Shown here: positions 1-7,082 of the stretch, piece by piece
How the letters are laid out: every line of letters starts with the position of its first letter
Position numbering within the stretch: the stretch's first letter is position 1
Assembly (NCBI GenBank): GCA_038217285.1
Contig: JBBQPO010000106.1
Location: 1-18,643 of the forward strand
Direction of reading: 5' to 3'
DNA from: Chthonomonadales bacterium
Lineage (GTDB): Bacteria > Armatimonadota > Chthonomonadetes > Chthonomonadales > Chthonomonadaceae
Length of the DNA: 18,643 bases
The notes under the pieces: generated by a model
What the model saw: only the letters and a program-made list of their open reading frames with translations
What the model was told of the DNA's origin: nothing
Database searches by the model: none
Translations under genes and position numbers: made by a program

Positions 1-671
1 AGATAGTCCTGCATATTGAGGTGGACGGTGTAGGCCCCGGTCTGCCAGATGCGGTTCAGGCGGTCATCATTGCACCGAAAGGAGCCCAGATAGGGCAGGT
101 CGCGGTAGAGAAAAACGGCACGAACCGAGTGCAGGGCCACCATCGCGCCCGGTTCCACCAGATCGATGCGGACGAAGCGGAACCCCGTATTGCCCACCTC
201 GACTGTGCCGAGCCAGGGAGCCTGAAAAAACTGGTCCCGCACGGCGTGGTCGGTCTGCGCGTTCTTCTCTCCCAGTTCGCTCATGGCCTCGCTGGCCGAT
301 TCTCCGAAGCGGACGCGCAGCCGAACGGTCTTGCCATGCTCGCCCACAGCCTTCAGATCGGTGACCGCGATCTGAACGCCGCCCTGCAACTCGCGACCGA
401 AATCGAGCAGGAGTCCCGGTGTCTTGCCGTTATGGCGCAGGACACAGGCCGCCGGATGGCTCAGCGTGACCTGTCCGCTGCCAGCGACCAGCAGTCTCTC
501 CGGGGTCTCGACGCTCGCGCCCTCGTCTTTCGACTGCCAGACCACGCGCGTCGGCGTGATGTACCGGCGGATGCGGGGGTCTACGGCGCTATGGGATTGC
601 AGGTCGCTTGCCGGCGGCGGCAGGAGCGACGCTCCGGGAGCCGGTGTCTGCCCCCCGCTTGCATTTGTCAT
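1..671 (-). CDS. Alpha-L-rhamnosidase-like glycoside hydrolase (GH78), 5' part; runs off the left edge
   Basis: Manual translation from ATG at 671, preceded by an SD-like GGAGA, is open to the window edge: MTNASGG...PGLLLDFGRELQGG...RLRVRFGESASEA...GFRFVRIDL...GSFRCNDDRLNRIWQTGAYTVHLNMQDY. LLDFGRE, GFRFVRI and F-x-C-N-D-x-R-L-N-x-I-W-x-x-G-A-Y-T are typical GH78 segments. Absent from the ORF track because there is no stop inside the window. Confidence 0.85.
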   Translation of the reverse strand, partial: MTNASGGQTPAPGASLLPPPASDLQSHSAVDPRIRRYITPTRVVWQSKDEGASVETPERLLVAGSGQVTLSHPAACVLRHNGKTPGLLLDFGRELQGGVQIAVTDLKAVGEHGKTVRLRVRFGESASEAMSELGEKNAQTDHAVRDQFFQAPWLGTVEVGNTGFRFVRIDLVEPGAMVALHSVRAVFLYRDLPYLGSFRCNDDRLNRIWQTGAYTVHLNMQDY

Positions 672-882
672 AAATATCTCCAGGGCAAGAATAAGCAAAG
701 CGAACGGTGGGGTTTTTCGATTCCGCATGGCAATTCACCCTACGAAGCCAGGCTCTGCACGCAGTCCGATCCACCGCGATGGAGGAGAAGGATCTGTGCC
801 GCTTTTGGCAGCGTTCTCATAAACTTCCTTCAGATTCACCTGTGAGAGACCAAATCCCTGCCTGTAATGTACGGAGGGAATC

Positions 883-1023
883 ATATCTGCGAAAGACATC
901 TATGATGACGCCTAGGAGCATGCCCTTCAAAAGAACGGCTGGACAATCACGCATGACCCTCGGACGATCTCTGTCGGCAAGACCGACCTGCTGATCGACC
1001 CGGGAGCGGAGCGCATTGTTGTC
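883..1023 (+). pseudogene. xisH: Degenerate 5' fragment of an XisH-family gene
   Basis: Frame from 883 reads (I)SAKDIYDDA*EHALQKNGWTITHDPRTISVGKTDLLIDPGAERIVV, matching the XisH N-terminal pattern MSAKDxxHxxVxxALxKDGWTITHDPLxLxxGxxDLxIDLGAExxI. SD GGAGG at 873-877 is followed by ATA instead of ATG. In-frame TAG at 913-915. Similarity is lost after about 1023. Confidence 0.8.
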
Positions 1024-1119
1024 GGCTATCGATGCGCATTTGCTCTACGCGGTGTTGCAAATGCCAGCCGAACACAGTATGGGAATATGTAACTTATACG
1101 CAGACCCGCTCCCAATAAT

Positions 1120-1160
1120 AGGCCACACAGAAGACAATTTTCCTGTGTGGCTTTTTGTTT
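1120..1160 (+). terminator. Intrinsic terminator
   Basis: GCCACACAG (1122-1130) pairs with CTGTGTGGC (1143-1151), followed by TTTTTGTTT. Confidence 0.7.
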
Positions 1161-1346
1161 GCTTGCAGGAGTTTCATAGCGTAATGGCGAATGAAATCGA
1201 ACTGATCCACATCTATTATCCATTTAACCAGAGGACACGAAGGTCTCATTGAATTTGCTGCACTGGGATTGCGTCTCCAGGCACAACAGGCAGTCTATAG
1301 ATTCGACAGAGGTTCAATTAGCCCCTCTAATAGGAGTTTTGCCGGA

Positions 1347-2549
1347 ATGCCCGCATCTGAATCGATTCGCTTTCGCCCTCGTGTGACGCTCTCCAGACAG
1401 GTGATCGTCGTCCGTCTGCTCCTGCTGCTCTGTGGGCTGGCTGGCACTCCTGCACAGGCAACGGTTGCCCTGGCCCGGCAGTATCATGCGCCGTGCAGCA
1501 TGTGCCACACCGTGTTTCCACAGCTGAATCGATTCGGCAAGTCGTTCCTTGACAATGGTTTTCGCATTCCCAACTCCGAGAACTCGTCGCCGCTCGCCTT
1601 CCATCACAATATCCCTTTCAGTTTCTCGACGCGTGCTTCCCTCCAATACGATCCGCAGGCCGACAAAAAGGTCACCACCGTCTGGGACGATCTTCAACTG
1701 CACGGCAGCGGCCTGCTCACCAGGAACGACAGTTTTTATCTGCATCACCATATTTTCGAAAATTCCCGCGGTGGGGATATTTACGAGGCCTGGCTCCAGC
1801 ACTCTTTCGATGGGAAGGCGCACCTCAATCTGCGCGTCGGGCAGTTCGTGCAGCTGCTCGCCTTCGCCCCGGAGATACAGCGCCTGAACTACGGCGACTA
1901 TATCGTCTACAAAATGCAGGTCGGCCTTGATGATTTCACCTTCGCCTCGCGATTAACCGGGGTGCTCCTGACGGGGGGCGCTCTGGAAGACGGCGTGCGC
2001 TACTCTGTCTCGTTCACACAGCCGCACCGCGTTTTCGATGGTGGAGCGGAGATGGGGAGTGCGTCGTCGCCGACTCTCGCTTTCACGTCGCCGGTGTTCG
2101 CCAATCTGTTCGCCCGCGTTCAGTACCGGCGCAACCACCAGCAGTTCGGCCTCTTCACCGATTTCGGCCAGACCAATCTGATCACCGACCAGGGCCATTT
2201 TGCCGACCACTACGCCCGTTACGGTCTGGATGCAGAGATCGCATGCGGGAAAGGGCGGATCTACGGGCTTTGGATCGTCGGCACGAACAGCGATCCCGTT
2301 GGCACTGGCGCGCGGGGAAGCCTCAACGGCGGCTTCGCAGGCGTGGACTACCGCTTCAACCCCCGCATTCTCGCCTATGTCCACTACGATCATGCTCAGA
2401 CCCGCAGTCCGCTCGGAGGCGACCAGCAGCAAGGGCCGTCGCTCGGCGTCATCGGCCTGGTAAAACCGTTCTTGCAGGTGCAGGCGGAGTACGAGCATCG
2501 CCAGGCGGCGGACAATCTCTTTGTTCTCTCCACCCGTGTGGGTTTTTAG
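1347..2549 (+). CDS. Cyc2-like fused monoheme c-type cytochrome / outer-membrane beta-barrel porin
   Basis: Signal peptide (LLLLLCGLAGTPAQA) followed immediately by VALARQYHAPCSMCHTVFPQLNRFGKSFLDNGFR, which matches the Cyc2-type pattern PxFAR[QK][TY]xxxCxxCHxxxPxLxxFGxxFxxxG[FY] (CxxCH at 1494-1508). The rest is amphipathic beta-strands ending in Phe (FVLSTRVGF). Start moved from 1269 to ATG 1347 because of SD AGGAG at 1332-1336. Confidence 0.8.
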   Translation: MPASESIRFRPRVTLSRQVIVVRLLLLLCGLAGTPAQATVALARQYHAPCSMCHTVFPQLNRFGKSFLDNGFRIPNSENSSPLAFHHNIPFSFSTRASLQYDPQADKKVTTVWDDLQLHGSGLLTRNDSFYLHHHIFENSRGGDIYEAWLQHSFDGKAHLNLRVGQFVQLLAFAPEIQRLNYGDYIVYKMQVGLDDFTFASRLTGVLLTGGALEDGVRYSVSFTQPHRVFDGGAEMGSASSPTLAFTSPVFANLFARVQYRRNHQQFGLFTDFGQTNLITDQGHFADHYARYGLDAEIACGKGRIYGLWIVGTNSDPVGTGARGSLNGGFAGVDYRFNPRILAYVHYDHAQTRSPLGGDQQQGPSLGVIGLVKPFLQVQAEYEHRQAADNLFVLSTRVGF

Positions 2550-2567
2550 GCGGCAGTTCATCGCTGC

Positions 2568-2596
2568 TTGACAAATCCCAAATCAAGTACTATAAT
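2568..2596 (+). promoter_or_regulatory. Consensus sigma70 promoter upstream of the tyrosinase
   Basis: TTGACA (2568-2573), 17 bp spacer, TATAAT (2591-2596): perfect consensus. Confidence 0.9.
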
Positions 2597-2758
2597 CCTT
2601 CTCGATAGGGAAATGTTCGTTGCGCCGCTCAGGGCGCAATCGCCTATGGCTCACATTCTCTGCCTTCGGACGATTTCTACCGGCAACGGAATGCCGTTTC
2701 GCCTCTCGGAGTCGGCCCCTCACGTGTTCCAATATCGGGACAGTTAGGATTCGCAATC

Positions 2759-3805
2759 ATGAACATGCGCCTTCGTTTTAAGCCAGCTCGCCTGCTGGCG
2801 CCCTCCCTGGCGGCAACGCTTCTGGTCCTGACAGTGGCCGGTCAGGCACAACTTCGCATACGCAAGAACCAGAAAGATCTGACCGTGGCGGAGCGTCAAA
2901 ACTATGTCGACGCGATGAAAGACCTGAAGGCTGCGGCCAAGGCAGGAACATCGGCAATCACGGATCGATACGACGAGTATGTGCAGATGCACGCCACACA
3001 ATGCATTCATGGTGATTCGGGATTTCTGCCGTGGCACCGCAAACTGCTGTGGGAGTTCGAGACCAATGTCCGCGCGATGGCTCCCAAATATGCCAATTTC
3101 ACCGTTCCCTACTGGGACTGGACCCAGGATGCGTTCCCGGCGGATCTTGCCGCCGGCGGAGACAACGGTTTTATGGGCCCGACCGGAGCCGGCGCGGTTC
3201 ACACCGTGGCCGCCGGCCCCTTCCGTGCTGGACAGTGGACAACCCTGAAGAACGGCCCTACGAACGGAGTAAAAGACCTCGAACGGAATTTCACCAACAT
3301 CACCGACCTCGTGACCAGCGGCGCTCCTTCTGCGGCAAATCTTCTGGCCCAGACAACGTACAACAGTATGGCGCCGATCTCAGAGACAGGCGCGGGGCTG
3401 CACAACGCCGCCCACGTCGACGTGGGCGGCCAACTGAGTAATACTGCGGGCGGGGCGGACGATCCCGTCTTCTTTATGCTCCACGGCTACGTTGACTATC
3501 TCTGGGCACGCTGGGAAGTCGGCAACGGTACTCTGTCGTCGTATGTGCCTTATAACGGCGGTCTTGCGGCTGGCGGACAGTTGGACGGGTTCGGGGATGC
3601 CGGCAATACGATTGGCTTCAGCGGCACGAAGAACAACCTTGTGTCTGACCAACTCAACTTCCTGGACACCACCCGGCTCGGGTACACCTACCAGTTGAAC
3701 GGGAGAGAGATCGCCGCGCCGGAACCCTCGGCCATTGCCTTTATAGGCACAGGCCTGCTGAGTATGGTTTGTTTCGGGCTAAAGCGCCGCCGCAAGGCGG
3801 CCTGA
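2759..3805 (+). CDS. Tyrosinase-family (type-3 dicopper) protein with Sec signal and C-terminal PEP-CTERM sorting domain
   Basis: Signal peptide ending AGQA, then RIRKN..LT..ER..Y..AM..LK. CuA histidines in QMH, CIHG and FLPWHR; VPYWDW; CuB in LHNAAHVDVGG and DPVFFMLHGYVDYLW. C-terminus APEPSAIAFIGTGLLSMVCFGLKRRRKAA is PEP + TM helix + basic tail. Confidence 0.93.
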   Translation: MNMRLRFKPARLLAPSLAATLLVLTVAGQAQLRIRKNQKDLTVAERQNYVDAMKDLKAAAKAGTSAITDRYDEYVQMHATQCIHGDSGFLPWHRKLLWEFETNVRAMAPKYANFTVPYWDWTQDAFPADLAAGGDNGFMGPTGAGAVHTVAAGPFRAGQWTTLKNGPTNGVKDLERNFTNITDLVTSGAPSAANLLAQTTYNSMAPISETGAGLHNAAHVDVGGQLSNTAGGADDPVFFMLHGYVDYLWARWEVGNGTLSSYVPYNGGLAAGGQLDGFGDAGNTIGFSGTKNNLVSDQLNFLDTTRLGYTYQLNGREIAAPEPSAIAFIGTGLLSMVCFGLKRRRKAA

Positions 3806-3831
3806 GCCTCCGTGTGATTGGTACGCAAACA

Positions 3832-3868
3832 GACGCCGTAGAAGAAGCCTTCTGCGGCGTCCTTTTTT
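3832..3868 (+). terminator. Intrinsic terminator after the tyrosinase
   Basis: GACGCCGTAGAAG-aagc-CTTCTGCGGCGTC (13 bp stem with one G-U pair) followed by CTTTTTTGT. Confidence 0.88.
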
Positions 3869-3992
3869 GTGCTTGTAGAATGCAACGACGAGAACGGTTT
3901 CGACGGCGATGACGCAATCGGGTGCCACAGCGAGCAGAACCGTTCCTTTCCGTAACACGGAAAGATAACGATGATTGGAACGTGGTGCACCG

Positions 3993-4001
3993 TGCTATAA
4001 T
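3993..4001 (+). promoter_or_regulatory. Extended -10 promoter (TGnTATAAT), probably giving a leaderless transcript
   Basis: TGCTATAAT at 3993-4001, 5 nt before ATG 4007, with no room for an SD. Confidence 0.65.
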
Positions 4002-4006
4002 GGAAT

Positions 4007-5053
4007 ATGGACGAACGTGATTTTGTCAGTAAGAAACGGGAGGCGTGGGATCGGCTGACCGGGCTGATCGACAAGGCCAATGGCAAGCGCGGAGTGCGCG
4101 GCCTCAGTCGGGACGAGATCCTCTCGTTGGGCCCGCTCTATCGCCGTGCCTCCTCCGACCTCGCCTATGCCCGCGCCCATGCCATCAACAAGGATCTGAT
4201 CCTGCACCTGAACGGCCTGGTAGGCCGTGCCCATGCTCTATTGTATGAGGCAGAGACCAGCGGCAATGCACTGGGATCACTGACCAATTTCTACCTGTAT
4301 GAGTTCCCGACGCTCCTGCAAAAGCGGTTTCGGTTCTTTGCGGCGGCGTTCCTGCTCTCCGTGCTCTCCGGTCTGTTCGCCTACTGGCTCGTCATCACCT
4401 ACCCCCAGAAGCTGTGGCTCTTCATTCCGGACAGCCCGCAATTTCGAGAGTCGGTCGAAATCTGGAAAAGCGGCAAAGTCTCCGGCCCCGCACAAGTGCA
4501 GACGGCGTCCTCGCTTATGACTCATAATCTGCTGGTCGGCCTGGTCGCCTTTGCAGGCGGAGTTGCGGGCGGGCTTCCCACGCTGATGGCGATGTTCAGC
4601 AATGGGGCGATGCTGGGCGCTATGGCGGCCCTGATGACCCAGGTTCACAAACACAGCACCTTCTGGCCGGGCATTCTGCCGCACGGCTTTGCGGAGCTGA
4701 CGGCCATCTTCATCTGCGGCGGGGCAGGCTTTCAGATCGGGTTGTCACTGCTGCTGCCGGGACCGTATCGCCGCGCCGATGCGTTTCGTATCGCCGGGAC
4801 CGAAGGCATCAAGCTGGTCATGGGAACGATTCCTCTTTTTATTTTTGCCGGTATCATCGAAGGAATGTTTTCGCATCTGCCGATTCCACCCGGCCTGCAG
4901 TATGCGTTCGCAGGCCTGAACGGAGTCCTCTGGTACCTCTATCTGTTCCTGCCGCGCCGCCTGCTCCTCGCCGGATCTTCACCGCTGGCACGGAACTCCA
5001 CCGTCAACGCAGGCGTACTAGAAGAACCTGCAGCTAACAGACAGACGACCTGA
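4007..5053 (+). CDS. Stage II sporulation protein M (SpoIIM/DUF95) family membrane protein
   Basis: N-terminal F...WDRL..L, LYRRASSDLAYAR, LNGLVGRAH; multiple TM helices with NG.MLG, ILPHGFAELTAIFICGGAG and AGIIEG, all characteristic of this family. Confidence 0.88.
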   Translation: MDERDFVSKKREAWDRLTGLIDKANGKRGVRGLSRDEILSLGPLYRRASSDLAYARAHAINKDLILHLNGLVGRAHALLYEAETSGNALGSLTNFYLYEFPTLLQKRFRFFAAAFLLSVLSGLFAYWLVITYPQKLWLFIPDSPQFRESVEIWKSGKVSGPAQVQTASSLMTHNLLVGLVAFAGGVAGGLPTLMAMFSNGAMLGAMAALMTQVHKHSTFWPGILPHGFAELTAIFICGGAGFQIGLSLLLPGPYRRADAFRIAGTEGIKLVMGTIPLFIFAGIIEGMFSHLPIPPGLQYAFAGLNGVLWYLYLFLPRRLLLAGSSPLARNSTVNAGVLEEPAANRQTT

Positions 5054-5093
5054 GCCGGACGACCGAAACCGCTGAATGGGAGCCATACGTCGC

Positions 5094-7070
5094 ATGACCG
5101 CAACCGGAACGGAACGCCCCGCACGGGAACTCCTTGCCCAACTTCGCAGCCGTTACCCCGATGCACCGTTTCTTGCCCTGGGACAGACCGTCTTCTGGGA
5201 TGAACCGGTGAAGGCGGTACTGCGCCAACTCCTCGATGAGAACGGGCTCGGCGGAGAGATGCTCGTCGGGGTACATGACACCGACTATTTCGCCAAGACG
5301 CGCCTGCGCCAGAGCGATGCCGGACGGTTCGTGCTCATGGCCCACAACGACGGCACCACCAAGGATCTCTGGTCGGCGGCGGGCGAGATCTCCACTCTAT
5401 TTGGCAGCGAGACATTTCCCGGTCGGCACGATTTCGCACGGCATGGCGTGGCCTTCGAGCGCGTTGCCGCGAGCGCCCCGGAGGGCCGACAGGCGTTTCT
5501 TGACGCGATGACCGAAGCCTGGGGCTGGCGCGGACTGGTCTATACCGGGTCCCGTGATCTCATCGTCAACTCCCTCTCTCTGCGGGAAGTCGGAGACGGT
5601 ATTCTGGATATGCTGCGCTGGGGTTTTGAAAACGCCACGCAGCAGGTCGTTCCCGGCTGCTGTCAGGACGAAGCCCGGCGTGTCGCGGAGACGATGCTCG
5701 GCTGGTGTCGAGAGTACCGCGCCCTCCACCCCGACAGCAACCTCACACAGCTTTTCCAGCACGTTCTGCCCCGATTCTATGCGATTCTCCTCGGCCATGA
5801 GCCCACTGGCCTTACGGTAGACGGAACTTCCCATCTGCTCCTGTTCAATCCGCAGACCGCCGCCCTGCCCCGCTTCCGTTTCGTCGATCTCTTCCTGAAT
5901 CCGCAGACCCGCTCCCTGGCTCTGAACGCGTACAACCAGGCTGTGGGGGGATCCGAGATCTACACGCTCGATAAGTTCGGCCCCGGCGCGCTGCCGTTCG
6001 ACCTGATCGTGCCGAACCGTGGCCGCGGTACGCTGCGAATTACGCCCCGTGTGCTTTTCATCGAGACGCGCCAGCCTATCGCCATCGGACTCAAGAGCCC
6101 GATCACCTCGGTGCAGGAGCTTGCGGAGATACTGGCCGCGAAACTCAGCAGCGAGGTCACCCTGGTCGGCAAGGCCGTCTCCCTGGTATCGATGCTGGCG
6201 CAAGAGTTCATTTTCGTCTTCAACGAAGAGGGTTCGCTCTACGTGCGCCGCACCCGCCAGATGAACGATATGCTGGCCCGTCAGGGTGTCGCACTCGACA
6301 TGCGGCCCATTCTGCGCCTGCGCTACCATACCTGGGACGCGATGAGCGTCGGCAAGACCACCCTGCGCCTGCCCGAACATCTTGCGGCGACGTTTGGACG
6401 CCCTACCATCACTGCCCCGGAGTTCGCAGCGACATGGCGACAGGTCGTGGCCGAGCAGCGCCGCCTGTGCGAACAGATCAAGACCCTCAAAAAACCGCTA
6501 GAGCTGCTCGCCTTTTTGCGCGACCGCGACCCGCTGACCCCGTGGGAAGAGCGCCGCACCGAGTACAGTCAGGCGAAAGCGACCCTGTGCCGGCTGCGGG
6601 ACAGGGTCAAGACCCTGGAGGTGGAGATCGACCGGCTCTATGCCGATCTGCGCTCAGCGCGGGTGAAGAGCGCCGAGATACAGCAGGCCAAAGGCGACCA
6701 CTTCCGCGCGACGCCGGACTGGACGCCGGATGCGACCGCTCGCCGTGAAGCGTTCGACCACGCCCTGCAGCAACTGGAAGACCTGAAACGTGGCCTCTGC
6801 GCGAACATACGCCCTCTGCGGGATCAGCGCCATGCCATCGAGCGCGGAGCGGAAGCGCTGGAGGCACGAGCCACCCTCGCTCGCATTGAAGAGGAGGGAG
6901 AGTGGGCACGGCTGCGGATCGTGCGTAACGCCCTGCTGACGATCGAAGGTCTGCTCCATACCAACCATCGCCCGTCCGCCTGGTGGCTGCCCCTGCTCGA
7001 CTCTTCCGGCGACTGGTTCCGACAGATCGTCGCTACCGCAGAACTCTACGCCGAACCTCTGCTCTCCTAA
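5094..7070 (+). CDS. Large protein of unknown function with a C-terminal coiled coil (possible distant BshC-like fold)
   Basis: Long ORF fitting between co-oriented genes; helical charged region around aa 460-620. ATG 5094 follows GGGAG at 5078-5082; alternative start 5076. Confidence 0.8.
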   Translation: MTATGTERPARELLAQLRSRYPDAPFLALGQTVFWDEPVKAVLRQLLDENGLGGEMLVGVHDTDYFAKTRLRQSDAGRFVLMAHNDGTTKDLWSAAGEISTLFGSETFPGRHDFARHGVAFERVAASAPEGRQAFLDAMTEAWGWRGLVYTGSRDLIVNSLSLREVGDGILDMLRWGFENATQQVVPGCCQDEARRVAETMLGWCREYRALHPDSNLTQLFQHVLPRFYAILLGHEPTGLTVDGTSHLLLFNPQTAALPRFRFVDLFLNPQTRSLALNAYNQAVGGSEIYTLDKFGPGALPFDLIVPNRGRGTLRITPRVLFIETRQPIAIGLKSPITSVQELAEILAAKLSSEVTLVGKAVSLVSMLAQEFIFVFNEEGSLYVRRTRQMNDMLARQGVALDMRPILRLRYHTWDAMSVGKTTLRLPEHLAATFGRPTITAPEFAATWRQVVAEQRRLCEQIKTLKKPLELLAFLRDRDPLTPWEERRTEYSQAKATLCRLRDRVKTLEVEIDRLYADLRSARVKSAEIQQAKGDHFRATPDWTPDATARREAFDHALQQLEDLKRGLCANIRPLRDQRHAIERGAEALEARATLARIEEEGEWARLRIVRNALLTIEGLLHTNHRPSAWWLPLLDSSGDWFRQIVATAELYAEPLLS

Positions 7071-7082
7071 CCATCGCCGAAT

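Noticed and set aside
21-845. 274 aa + strand ORF (and 424..822)
   Set aside because: Antisense shadow of the GH78 gene on the minus strand; no recognisable motifs.
913-915. Pyrrolysine or other readthrough of the TAG in xisH
   Set aside because: The start codon is also lost and the gene is truncated; decay is the simpler explanation.
1016-1252. 78 aa ORF in the AT-rich spacer
   Set aside because: TTG start with no SD, atypical composition, and it spans an intrinsic terminator.
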